Below, piece after piece: positions 12,301 through 23,880 of a stretch of 64,000 nt of DNA. The stretch is taken from the NCBI GenBank assembly GCA_002269645.1, contig NIVC01000151.1:682001-746000 (forward strand). Direction: 5' to 3'. Under the pieces are notes generated by a model. That model was not told the DNA's origin, made no database searches, and saw only the letters and a program-made list of their open reading frames with translations. Every line of letters begins with the position of its first letter. Position 1 is the first letter of the stretch. This DNA is from Macrostomum lignano. Its lineage: Eukaryota. The position numbers were made by a program, and so were the translations under genes.

Positions 12301-15300
12301 TGTCGGCCAACACCAGATTCCGCAAGTCACCGGGCAGGCTCGCGACCTTCGTAGGCTGCAAGCGGAGGCGGCGAAACGCGCGCGGCCGGAACGCTACGCG
12401 GAGGCTGGCACAGCTCGACCACGTGCTTGTGCGCTTTCGTGAGCGCCGCCGCGTCACCAACTGCCGCACCATTACGCCGCTGGCTCTGCGGTCCGACCAT
12501 CGGCTGCTCATCTGCGACCTTCGGCTTCGGGACCTGCTCTACCGTCCGCCAAAGCGGCCACCGCGGCGCTACTACCGCGCGCTCAGGGACGCCGAGACGC
12601 GACGTCGCTTTGCCGGTGCCTTTGTCACTGCGCTGGGCGACAAGCGTGGAGGAGCCGAGTACGCGGAGGTGAGCGCTGCAGTTCGAGCCGCTGCGGAGCA
12701 AGCAGTCCCGCTGATGCGACCGGCCCAGCGCGGGCAGCCGGTCTGGCAGGACGACCCCGCGATCGACGAAGCGAGGGAAGATCTGGAGAGGCTCCGTCTG
12801 AGTGGGCGGCAAACTCGCGAGGCGGAGGAGGCTCTGGCGGCTGTCTACCTGCAGCGGCAGCAGTCCGCTGTCGATGACGCCATCCAAGCCGTCTCTGCCG
12901 TCTCTGCTTACGTTGCAGGCACCCTACCGGCGGGGACAAGCGAGGACACGGCGCTACGTCGACTGTCTGCTGGCTGACGCCGGCGCCCCGGACTCTGCCG
13001 GCGGTGCGGCCTTTGTTCGCGCCCAAGCTTCGAAGCGTGCCATCTGACGTTGCTTTTGCGATCCGGCAGCGTACTCTGTTGTTGTTGTTGTTGTTGTCCA
13101 GCCCTGCAATTCTGGGGACATTGTCCAGCCCTGCAATTCTGGGGACATTGTCCAGCCCTGCAATTCTGGGGACATTGTCCAGCCCTGCAATTCTGGGGAC
13201 ATTGTCCAGCCCTGCAATTCTGAGCACATACAATCGCGACAGTACTGTACACAGGCACGCACTCATGCACCCGCTCACACAGGGTGTACAGCGGCCTGAC
13301 TTTCTACATGTACATGCCAGGGACTTTCGGTGCCCTGGCATGTACACTCGGTGCCCTGGCATGTACACTCGGTGCCCTGGCATGTACACTCGGTGCCCTG
13401 GCATGTACACTCGGTGCCCTGGCATGTACACTCGGTGCCCTGGCAAGTACACTCGGTGCCCTGGCATGTACACTCGGTGCCCTGGCATGTACACTCGGTG
13501 CCCTGGGGTTGGCCTTCATGGCTGTGAATCGCACGACAACTCCAGGCTAATTTTCGTGACCCAGCCCCAAATGAAAGTGGCGCACGGAATCGAACCCGGG
13601 ATCGTGGCGCGAGAGTCAGATGCGGTAACCGCTGAGCTGCTCCGCCCCAGGGCATTCAAGAGAGCCGACAATAACTTGACGCGTTGCAAAGTCTCCCTAA
13701 ACTCGGGAAATTCTCCCCCCCCCCGCACCGCAGCCAACCGCCCGGGCTCGCCCAGCTCCGTGGACGCGCGAGTGCAGCGGCTGGTGCAGCAGGAGGTGGA
13801 GCTCGCCATCGGCCTGTCCGCCGACCGCCTGTTTGCCGGGGCGCCGGCGGCTGTGGCAGCGGGCAACCTGGACGACGGCGAGGACTCTGGCCTGGCCGAG
13901 CCGGAGAGCCGGCTGGCCGAGTTCGTTGTGCAGAAGTTTGTCGACGACCACCTGGCAGCGCTGGCCGAAGCGGCCGCGGCTTCTGCTGCTGACAGGCGGG
14001 ACTCGGCGGCGCTGCCCAGCTACCGCCCGCTGCCGCACGCACTGACGCCGGCGAAGCCGCAGCAACAGCAGCCAGATGAGCCGGCTGGCGGAGGATTTCG
14101 CCTGCGCAACGACTTTGGCGGCGACATCTCCTTCGCCACCAGCAGCGGCAGCGTCAGCCTCCCGCAGTCGCGGCAACCGCCGGCTGGCAAAGACGCTTCC
14201 GCTGGCAGGTGAGGCTCATTTTAGTTATTGTGAACTCGTGTGACTTAACTTTCTGTGAGCTCATTCTTAGTTTTTTGAGCTCATTCTTAATCAGTTGAGC
14301 TCATTCCTAGTCCCGTGAGCTCATTCCTAGTCCCGTGAGCTCATTCCTAGTCCCGTGAGCTCATTCCTAGTCCCGTGAGCTCATTCCTAGTCCCGTGAGC
14401 TCATTCCTAGTCCCGTGAGCTCATTCCTAGTCCCGTGAGCTCATTCCTAGTCCCGTGAGCTCATTCCTAGTCCCGTGAGCTCATTCCTAGTCCCGTGAGC
14501 TCATTCCTAGTCCCTTAAGCTCATTCCTAGTCCCTTAAGCTCATTCCTAGTCCCGTAAGCTCATTCCTAGTCCCTTAAGCTCATTCCTAGTCCCGTGAGC
14601 TCATTTCTAGTCCCGTGAGCTCATTCCTAGTCCCGTGAGCTCATTCCTAGTCCCTTAAGCTCATTCCTAGTCCCTTAAGCTCATTCCTAGTCCCGTGAGC
14701 TCATTCCTAGTCCCGTGAGCTCATTCCTAGTCCCGTGAGCTCATTCCTAGTCCCGTGAGCTCATTCCTAGTCCCGTGAGCTCATTTCTAGTCCCGTGAGC
14801 TCATTCCTAGTCCCGTGAGCTCATTCCTAGTCCCTTAAGCTCATTCCTAGTCCCTTAAGCTCATTCCTAGTCCCGTGAGCTCATTCCTAGTCCCGTGAGC
14901 TCATTCCTAGTCCCGTGAGCTCATTCCTAGTCCCGTGAGCTCATTCCTAGTCCCTTAAGCTCATTCCTAGTCCCGTGAGCTCATTTCTAGTCCCGTGAGC
15001 TCATTTCTAGTCCCGTGAGCTCATTCCTAGTCCCGTGAGCTCATTCCTAGTCCCTTAAGCTCATTCCTAGTCCCTTAAGCTCATTCCTAGTCCCGTGAGC
15101 TCATTCCTAGTCCCTTAAGCTCATTCCTAGTCCCGTGAGCTCATTCCTAGTCCCTTAAGCTCATTCCTAGTCCCTTAAGCTCATTCCTAGTCCCTTAAGC
15201 TCATTCCTAGTCCCGTGAGCTCATTCCTAGTCCCGTGAGCTCATTCCTAGTCCCTTAAGCTCATTCCTAGTCCCGTGAGCTCATTCCTAGTCCCTTAAGC

Positions 15301-18300
15301 TCATTCCTAGTCCCGTGAGCTCATTTCTAGTCCCGTGAGCTCATTCCTAGTCCCGTGAGTTCATTCCTAGTCCCTTAAGCTCATTCCTAGTCCCGTGAGC
15401 TCATTCCTAGTCCCTTAAGCTCATTCCTAGTCCCGTGAGCTCATTTCTAGTCCCGTGAGCTCATTCCTAGTCCCGTGAGCTCATTCCTAGTCCCTTAAGC
15501 TCATTCCTAGTCCCTTAAGCTCATTCCTAGTCCCGTGAGCTCATTCCTAGTCCCTTAAGCTCATTCCTAGTCCCGTGAGCTCATTCCTAGTCCCTTAAGC
15601 TCATTCCTAGTCCCGTGAGCTCATTTCTAGTCCCGTGAGCTCATTCCTAGTCCCGTGAGCTCATTCCTAGTCCCTTAAGCTCATTCCTAGTCCCTTAAGC
15701 TCATTCCTAGTCCCGTGAGCTCATTTCTAGTCTCGTGAGCTCATTCCTAGTCCCGTGAGCTCATTCCTAGTCCCGTGAGCTCATTCCTAGTCCCGTGAGC
15801 TCATTCCTAGTCCCGTGAGCTCATTCCTAGTCCCGTGAGCTCATTCCTAGTCCCGTGAGCTCATTCCTAGTCCCGTGAGCTCATTCCTAGTCCCGTGAGC
15901 TCATTCCTAGTCCCGTGAGCTCATTCCTAGTCCCGTGAGCTCATTCCTAGTCCCGTGAGCTCATTTCTAGTCCCGTGAGCTCATTCCTAGTCCCGTGAGC
16001 TCATTCCTAGTCCCGTGAGCTCATTCCTAGTCCCGTGAGCTCATTTCTAGTCCCGTGAGTTCATTCCTAGTCCCGTGAGCTCATTCCTAGTCCCTTAAGC
16101 TCATTCCTAGTCCCGTGAGCTCATTCCTAGTCCCTTAAGCTCATTCCTAGTCCCGTGAGCTCATTTCTAGTCCCGTGAGCTCATTCCTAGTCCCGTGAGC
16201 TCATTCCTAGTCCCTTAAGCTCATTCCTAGTCCCTTAAGCTCATTCCTAGTCCCGTGAGCTCATTTCTAGTCCCGTGAGCTCATTCCTAGTCCCTTAAGC
16301 TCATTCCTAGTCCCGTGAGCTCATTCCTAGTCCCGTGAGCTCATTCCTAGTCCCGTGAGCTCATTCCTAGTCCCGTGAGCTCATTCCTAGTCCCGTGAGC
16401 TCATTCCTAGTCCCGTGAGCTTATTCCTAGTCCCGTGAGCTCATTCCTAGTCCCGTGAGCTCATTCCTAGTCCCGTGAGCTCATTTCTAGTCCCGTGAGC
16501 TCATTCCTAGTCCCGTGAGCTCATTCCTAGTCCCGTGAGCTCATTTCTAGTCCCGTGAGCTCATTCCTAGTCCCGTGAGCTCATTCCTAGTCCCGTGAGC
16601 TCATTCCTAGTCCCGTGAGCTCATTCCTAGTCCCGTGAGCTCATTCCTAGTCCCGTGAGCTCATTCCTAGTCCCGTGAGCTCATTCCTAGTCCCGTGAGC
16701 TCATTCCTAGTCCTTCGAGCACATCCCTGCTGGCAGTTGTCAATGGGTGATTGTTCATTTGAGCTGCATTTCTGACATCCGGTCTCTGCTCCGCAAATTT
16801 CCCTGGAAGAATTGCCGACTTCCGTTGGGCGGCTGGCAATTCCTGTTGCAACTCTCCGAGCCGAAGCTCGAACTGAGGACTCCGAGCTGCAGCTGCAATT
16901 ATTTGGCTTTCGGCTCTTTGATGCATTTCGACTGTAGCAGCTTTTATTGCAGAAACTTTTGTCATATGAATTTCACCCGCTGTACTTTCCTGCCGCAATT
17001 CTTGGCCTGCTTTGCTTCTCCAACCTCGCAGCAACCTCGACCAGCGGCGGGTGGACCAGCACATCGACAGCCTCTTCGCCTTCAACAGTTCCGATAGCTG
17101 CGGTGGCGAAGTCCAGGCTGCTGCCGCTGACCAGAGAGCCTCCTCAAAGCGTTCAGTTGGCGCCGCTGCCGCCGCGTCAACGCCGAAGCCGAGCCTCGAA
17201 GTCCGGCGGCGCCAGTCCGATCGCCTGGCTGCGCAGCCGCCGCTGCCGCCGTGCGCTCCGGCCGACGGCCTCCGCGTCGGCCGCTTCTCGGCGCGCTTTG
17301 TCCACGACTCAGTGGGGGACGACGAGGACGGTGGCGTGGAGTCCTGGGAGCTGGCGGCGCCGGTGCTACCGCTGGCCGCCGACGCCGAGCCCATGATGCT
17401 GCGATTCAGCGGCTTCGACTGGGAGCGGAACGAGCGCACGGACCCCAGGTTCTGCGCCAAGCCGGACGCCCTGGTCTCGGTGGCCAGGGGCGAGCGCGTC
17501 TGCCTCCGCGCTGTTGTCGATGGCTCAGAGCCGTTTGGTGAGCGCTGCGGGACTGCCGGTGCAGCTCTGGGCTGGATGAGATTCAAGGAATCCTGTTTAC
17601 ACTGGGGAGAGCCTTTTATAGGGGAAAGCTGTGAGTTAACCTCAGCCGTCGGGAAGCTGCGGACTTCTGCAATGGCTCAGGAAATTATTGCATGTAAGAA
17701 CTGAATGGACGGCATCTGCAGCATCTGGATTTCTATTTGTGCGATTGTTTCCAGGAAACGGAAGCAGTCCCATCTCTGAAGGTGACTTGTGCATGTGATG
17801 ATGAATATTTTTATCCAGTCGAGCACGGATATTTTGCCATTTTTCAAAGCTAGAAGCAAACAACAAGAAACTCCCCGCTCCCGGCAGAAGTTGTGTGGCA
17901 CCGGCTGAAGTCCGGACGTGCATTCGAAATCGGCAACAGCGACAAGTTCGAGCTGGAGTCGGACCCTCACGGGGACGGCTCGCACTGCCTGACGTTGTAC
18001 CACGCTGCTGACGCGGATGCGGGCGCCTACCTGATCCTGGCAGCAAATGCTCAGCAGGCTGTGCTGCACGGCTTCCACCTGCAAGTGACAGGTGCGTCCT
18101 CCGCTGTAAAGCTCTGTAAACGCTAACAATTCAAGTTATGAAAAAGCAGAGAGAGGGTCTACTTTTTCAGTAGTTTGTCTGCGCAGTGTCACTTAAATTA
18201 AATGTGGCAGCTAAATTTCGTTTTTTGCTCACGATTTGGCGACCTCAGGAGCATTTGGGGTTAAGAATTAGCAACAAGAATTTCACTCGATGTACACAAG

Positions 18301-21300
18301 TGAACGCAAGACGGCCGAAACTCAGCGGGAGCCTAAATTTCATATCGCCTAAAATATCTTCACGCTTCGCTCCTTCACATTCGGTTTGAGGCGTTGTGAT
18401 AAAATTTAGGCGATACGAGCGTATGAAATTTGTGCGATGTAGACGTCATCAAGCTCTTACCTAAGCTTTCTACACAGTAAGCGCGTGAACTTATTCTATT
18501 AACTAGTACGCTCGTACTAACCGTTGAGTCATGACTCAGCATCCGGGGTCCGCAGAACGTAAAAATGCATTTCGAGCAGCCCATCCTGAGTTCCAAGCGC
18601 ACCCACTCTGCAGAGAACCCTCGGCCAGCGAAGCCGCCGGAGTTCACGCAGCCGATGTCGGACACCCGCTCGCGCGAGGGTCGCACGGCCGCCCGCTTTG
18701 CCTGCCGGGTCGCCGGCCAACCGAGGCCCCGCGTCTCCTTCCTGCGCGACGGCAAGCCCATCCGACCGGATGGTGGGGGCAAGTACGAAATTGGTGAGTC
18801 ACCCTCCTGCTGGTATCTTCATCACCGATGCTAAGGAGTACTTCTGGGCTAGGGCACGAACATAGGCCGCGCCACAGACCGAATCTGCGTTGCGGCCAAG
18901 TGTGCACCTGTCTCTGCCGGTAGGGTGTCTGCAGTGTCGGCAGGCAGCACCTTCTACACCGGATGTAGTCATTACCACTCGGCGTGGATGATGTGGCCTG
19001 CCAGCTGGAGTCACGAGCTTGGACGGACCGGGCTGGTCGACCGATTTTCGACTTTCTGTTCGAGTGAATCTGTCAGCGTCCAAATCTCGGCGTTGGAAAG
19101 CAGAATCGTCTCGCCCACCGCCTGGAACAGCGCCGCTCTCTGGCGCTCTCTCCTGCAGGGTCGCCATTACAAAACGAAAGTCAGCTAAAGTCACTGTAAC
19201 GGTACAAGCCTCGTAGCGAGAGTCTTGCTAATTTAAAGGCACAGTGCCCTAATATTCAAATTTAACAACCAGTGGCTGTGTGGAACGGTCTTGACTTAAC
19301 TGCAGGGGGCATTGTCCGGCGGATGCAGCGAGGAGGCGGAGGAGACCGCCCGTTCTCTAGCCCCTGATGACCAATGGGTTCCGTCGAAGTGAAGGTTACT
19401 TCGGCTAGAAGCGATTGGCTGGAAGTAAAAGGTGGAACTTCCTGCAGAACACAGGCAAAGAGCCGCAAGTCCGCTACCTCAAACCAAATGGCAGATCCCG
19501 AAAAAGCAAAATACTACCCTGCGGAGGGACCCAAAAGCCCAGGAAACCATTTGCGACCAGACTACTCCCTGGCCAAGCGTCCATCAGCACGGAGTTACAC
19601 TGGGGCCTTAGAGGGTGCGTTTATTGTGAGGTTATGAGCCGAGTACGCAAACGAGACGAGTATTTGCAAATTGGAAGTAGAAAAACATACGCGAACTCTT
19701 ATGCGCGGTGTTGCAGTATTTATTAAATTGAATTCACTGAGACAGCATAAATTACTAGATTGAGATTAGGGGTGGGTGCCGCACTGGCCAACAAAGAGAG
19801 AGAAAGTGAATTAGATAACTATAACTAAGCTATCTGACACTTATGGTCACACCAGGACCCCGGCGCCAACGAATCAGTTCGGCAAGGCCTAGGGGGGCTG
19901 TATTAACACCCACGGGACGAGTACCCTTCGAAGTGCGCCTTGCAAAGGCAGGAGACAGAGTCTCTTGAGCTATCAGCCCGCCAGAGAAGGCAAGTGTAAG
20001 CATCGCTGGCTGGGAAAAAGGCCGTACCAGACTCATACTGCGCAGATAGTTCAGCACGCCATTTTGTGTAGGACCCGGGGTCCAGGAGGCAACAGCCCCG
20101 GTGTGTGGACCTGTATGAACTGCAAAATTTCCCACAGCTGCTACTAATAGTAGCATGAGCGTGTCGTTTAACCAATACTCAACTCATTAGCACAGACCTA
20201 TGAATTATCATTTCCAGTGAGCGCAGACAACGACGCTTACGAGCTGCGCATCAATAATGTTGCCAAGTCGGACGACGCCGAGTACAGTTGCCTAGCAACT
20301 AACTCCGCCGGCAGTACGCAGTGCGACTGTCAGCTGCTGGTCTACAGCCTGGCCGAGGATGACGAGGCGCTGAGCCGCATTGAAGGCGAAATCGAGCAGA
20401 CCCAGGCCTCAATGATCGCCGCCGCCAAGGACATGTACCGCGCCTCCGGCAAGATCCGCCAGCTTGACGCCAATTTCGGCCGGCTGAACAAGCGCCTCAG
20501 CAGCATGGAGCGCCAGCTGGTGGCGGCTACCGCGGACGAAGAAGACGAGGCCTACCCGGAGAGCGCTGCGCTGCAGCGGGTCACGGGCCACATGCTGAGC
20601 CGCCTGGCTGAGCACGAGCAGTCTGCCGCCAACACCACTGGTAGGCGGGTGATGGGTTGTCGAATTTAGGTCTCCAGTGGACAGATTTGAGTTGATCTTC
20701 ACCGTCTCTCCTTGCCACTCAGACACCACGGGCACAGCGGAAGCCTCGTCGCTCGTCTGGTCCTCGCCTAGTGGCCCGACAGGCTTCTCCACCTCGAGCT
20801 TTGAGGCCGTGCCGCAGTCGACCGGCTCCTCCAGGATCGTCTACGAGATCGAGAACGTTGTTGAGGACGAGGAGGAAGATAGGGATGGTGGTGGCGGCGA
20901 GGAGGCTTCGCTGAGGACTACGGCGACCACGGAGCGTCGGGTGGGTGACCTTTGCTCAGTTGATGCTCAAACTGGGTTGTTTAGTTGTGAATCTCTCGGT
21001 TCCACTCTGGGGTCCGTTTACTGATTTTCTCAGTACTCTGGTATATTTTGCCTTTGTTGATTAGCTATTACAGGGAGTTACAGGGAGTTTTACAGGATAT
21101 TTTACAGGGAGTAAGGGCTGTGGGCGCTGGCCGCAAGCAAGGCGTTAGTCGCTACTCAGATGCGTTTAGTTCATCGTTGGATAACCAAGGCCCATTGTCC
21201 CCCACCAATCTCACTGTGCGCAGATCTACGTGGCCGCCAGCAAGACCGACCTTCTGCGTCAAAAGCTCGACGCTTTGGAGCAGCAGATCCTGAGTTCCAG

Positions 21301-21442
21301 CGTCGCGGACGCCGACTCGGAGACGGAGCGGTCCGTGGCCAACCTGCAGCTACTGGCGGACCGTCAGGAGAACGAAGTGGCTGCCATTGAGGCCGCCGCT
21401 GACCAGCTGAGTGAGCAGAGCGGGCAGCCGGGCAGCTCATAG
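6329..21442 (+). CDS. MYRIP: MyRIP/melanophilin (Slac2)-like Rab effector with two Ig-like domains, ~1068 aa; exons 6329-6465, 7611-7835, 9840-9970, 10768-11256, 13734-14208, 17032-17537, 17888-18091, 18614-18793, 20218-20640, 20723-20940, 21224-21442
   Basis: N-terminal Slp-homology Rab-binding domain (LDLSHLSEAERHQLTAVLQRD; Zn finger CIRC...CCLC...VCRGRC...CGVC; WFYDAVKKKFKSSGSAKVV). Ig I-set motifs (VVW...DAGAYLILAAN; PPEFTQPM...RFACRV.G.PRPRVSFLRDGK...DDAEYSCLATNSAG). Acidic coiled-coil C-terminus (IYVAASKTDLLRQKLDALEQQI). The 11 exons sum to 3207 nt, divisible by 3, with matching phases. The acceptors at 18614 and 20723 are best guesses. The symbol indicates family, not proven orthology. 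Confidence 0.78.
6444..7443. repeat. 45/48-bp minisatellite spanning the exon 1 donor of the MyRIP-like gene
   Basis: Unit (gat)gaggctaggagactgcggatcgggtgagagtggagtctcattgat, about 20 copies. Confidence 0.92.
7848..9775. repeat. ~12-bp (ctgtgggtgctg/atg) array with a higher-order ~843-bp duplication
   Basis: Continuous GTG/CTG-rich array. Identical ORF translations recur at an offset of 843 (8350 vs 9193; 8487 vs 9330). Confidence 0.92.
10400..10700 (+). mobile_element. SINE copy with a decayed head
   Basis: The body CATGAAAGCCAACCCCAAGGCACAGAGAGTG..GAAAG..CCGCTGTACACCCTGTGAGAG..GTATGTGCTCAGGAGCCAGCGGAATGG matches the other copies. Confidence 0.6.
11270..13222. repeat. 27-bp array split into two blocks (11270-11580 and 13093-13222) by the LINE insertion
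   Basis: Unit ggggacattgtccagccctgcaattct occurs on both sides of the element. Confidence 0.88.
11581..13097 (+). mobile_element. Non-autonomous RTE-like LINE derivative: APE endonuclease, frameshift near 12150, no RT, (GTT)n tail
   Basis: APE motifs GTLNCRTL, DVIALQE, GGVG, CAYAP, ILGDLNA, QLDHVLV and RSDH are spread over two frames (ORFs 11477-12175 and 12117-12977). No YADD-type RT segment follows, and the element ends in tgttgttgttg. It sits inside a 27-bp array in intron 4 of the MyRIP-like gene. Confidence 0.85.
13215..13648 (-). mobile_element. tRNA-derived SINE, best-preserved copy; contains a 21-bp array and runs into the 27-bp array
   Basis: The minus-strand head GGGGCGGAGCAGCTCAGCGGTTA...CCCGGGTTCGATTCC (13648-13578) carries Pol III A and B boxes. 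It is followed by the shared body GCCATGAAGGCCAACCCCAGGGCAC..GTGTACA..GAAAGTCA..CTGTACACCCTGTGTGAG..GTATGTGCTCAG. Confidence 0.75.
14209..16712. repeat. 20-bp minisatellite, ~2.5 kb (~120 units), filling intron 5 of the MyRIP-like gene
   Basis: Unit gtgagctcattcctagtccc with an interspersed ttaagc variant. The array starts at the donor GT (14209). Confidence 0.95.
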
Positions 21443-22554
21443 TCGGTGCAAGTCGGATTTCCTGCTGTCACCAGCGCGCAATTTTACTCCCTACTGACGC
21501 AGCGCCTCTGCCAAGTCCAGGAAAACTGGCCTCGGCGCGCGTGGCCTGCGCCCCAGTCAGCATTATTTATACTCGTAATATTGGCATCGCTTCGGTTTAA
21601 AGCCGCTAAAACTGCGTTCACTCCCACACTATCTACTCGTTAGTTTTCTCGTATTAGTGCTTATTGTCGGTTGGACTATAATAAACAGCCTGTGGGCATG
21701 CGGATGCCTTTGCTTTGCTCTGCAATACACTGAATACATCAGCAGACAGCTTCAGGCTTAGAAACTTAAAAGTGCGAAATTATTGGAGTTATGAAACTTC
21801 AAGACACCGCAGCTTTCCATTCTGATCCTCTGAGTTGTCCCGACTTACTTAATTGACTCGGCTGCAAGGGGCATCGTCCGGCAGATACAGCGAGGAGGCG
21901 AAGAGAACCTTCAGCTAGGCCCTGGCAGCCACTGACTACCAGAGAGGTGGTGACTTGTTGGTCTCGCCTGCAAACATTGAAGAGAACCGGGCTTGGCTCT
22001 TGAACAAGCGTCACCCATATGAAACTTGGCATCGGCAGAAAAAAGTCCTCAAAATTTTCACTGTGAACCCGACTTCGGAGGCCATGCTGACTGCTCTGAG
22101 GTTGCCGTGGTTGAGTCCCAGGGAGAGCTGTGTGCAGAAAGGGAGAATGGCGGAGTACGGCAGTACGGAACTGCCTGTCATTCCAGATGTCGATTCGGAG
22201 TCTACACAGCCTACTTGCGCTTGCTCCAGCCCTTGGCTCTCTCCAGTTCTGATCAAATCGATTTGAGGTGCGGCTCGAGGTTCTGCTTCTTTTGCCCCGT
22301 CATGGCGCGCTGATTGGCCACAAGTTTTGAGTTCGCCTTCAGCCTTGCACCGAACGGTCCCTTCCCTTACCCCACACCCGTGTTCGGCTCTGTGCATTGA
22401 CCTCTGCGGGCTCTCCTCGTTCTGATCTTTGCTGCTGTGTTGCACGAATTCCCACTGTACGGCACTGAAACCGCACTGTAGGCATTTGCCGTTCTGCCCT
22501 GCTTTCCCACCCTCCCTGGCACAGCGTCGTACGCGGATAGGTTTGGTCACCGTT

Positions 22555-23392
22555 AGTACACGAGGCCAGTACACGAGGTCAGTACACGAGGTCAGTACAC
22601 GAGGCCAGTACACGAGGCTAGTACACGAGGTCAGTACCGGTTCTTGCGGGGATCCCTGGTAACCCCTGTCTTGCGTTCACAGCAATAAAATGCTGATTGT
22701 CTATTTCTTGTTTAACATTACAGCTGGGGGTAAAAATAGCAAATTGAAAGTCAAATGCAGTGAAGAGAGTGGCACCCATTCTGCCCATCTGTTGGTCAAG
22801 ACAAACTCACAAGCGATGTTTTGCAGGTTAGCTTTTTGACAACCTGAAGTTCAACACGCGCAAACTAAAAGCGCAACTCCAGCTCTGACATAGTCATAGC
22901 CATATTGTCAACCACTACATAGCCCAAAAGTTGACTTGATCTAAGCATCGTAGCTTAGTTTCTAGAAAATCAAATGGATCTTGTGGGCCATTCGAATGAT
23001 TAAATTCACCCATTTTAACTTTGTTGTTAAAATTGTTAAAATTGCAAATACAAAGCGATTTGATAGCACTTGCTTTGATGCACGCTCGCGGTCTGAATTG
23101 TGTGATGCCAAATATTTGAAGTACAACTCTTCAGCTCAGTTAAGCACAAACAATCCACAGGTCTCATGCACAGGGCTCATGCACAGGGCTCATGCACAGG
23201 GCTCATGCACAGGTCTCATGCGCAGGTCTTATGCACAGGTCTTGTGCACAGGTCTCATGCACAGGTCTCATGCACAGGTCTCATGCACAGGTCTCGTGCA
23301 CAGGTCTCATGCACAGGTCTCATGCACAGGTCTCATGCACAGGTCTCATGCACAGGTCTCATGCACAGGTCTCATGCACAGGTCTCGTGCAC
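22555..23392. repeat. Two short arrays: 14-bp (22555-22637) and 13-bp (23160-23392)
   Basis: Units gtacacgagg(c/t)cag and tctcatgcacagg. Confidence 0.85.
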
Positions 23393-23880
23393 TGGTCTAT
23401 TGGGCACATCAGATCAGATCTTTTGCTCTTTTGCGAACCGAACAGTATGAATGTTTTGAACTGGATTAGACTAACCATTGAAAAATACATGTAGATGTCT
23501 TACGAATTCATATAAGATCTGGCAGCTATCGTACCATATCTGCTAGCCTTCTTACAAGATCTGTTGCTATCTTAAGATTCAGTAAGTCATTGTCAACTGG
23601 GGTAGTAGAGCCTTTTAGCAGTGGAGGCTTAAAACATTTAAAATCAATACAATTGATTTTCCAAACACCCACCGACTCCAGAAAAACTTGGGGAAGAAAT
23701 TGAGTCCCAGCCGGGGTAGCCACGAAAGCTCCCATTGTTAGCAGCAAGCCAGCGTATCCCTGATTAGTGCGCTCTCAGGCCCCATTGGTTGTCGTTGCAG
23801 ATGCTGTACATGGCATGCATAAACAGCACAAGAGCTGGTGAGGGAGCTGAGAATCAAAAACTCGCACGCGGCTTTGGCAA

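Noticed and set aside
13578-13648. tRNA gene (Glu-like) on the minus strand
   Set aside because: A and B boxes are present but the anticodon and D stems do not pair, and the sequence continues into a dispersed repeat body. Interpreted as a SINE head.
14209-16712. Regular arrays (20, 28, 41, 56, 67 bp) as possible CRISPR arrays
   Set aside because: There are no unique spacers and no cas genes, and the context is eukaryotic and spliced. These are head-to-tail minisatellites.
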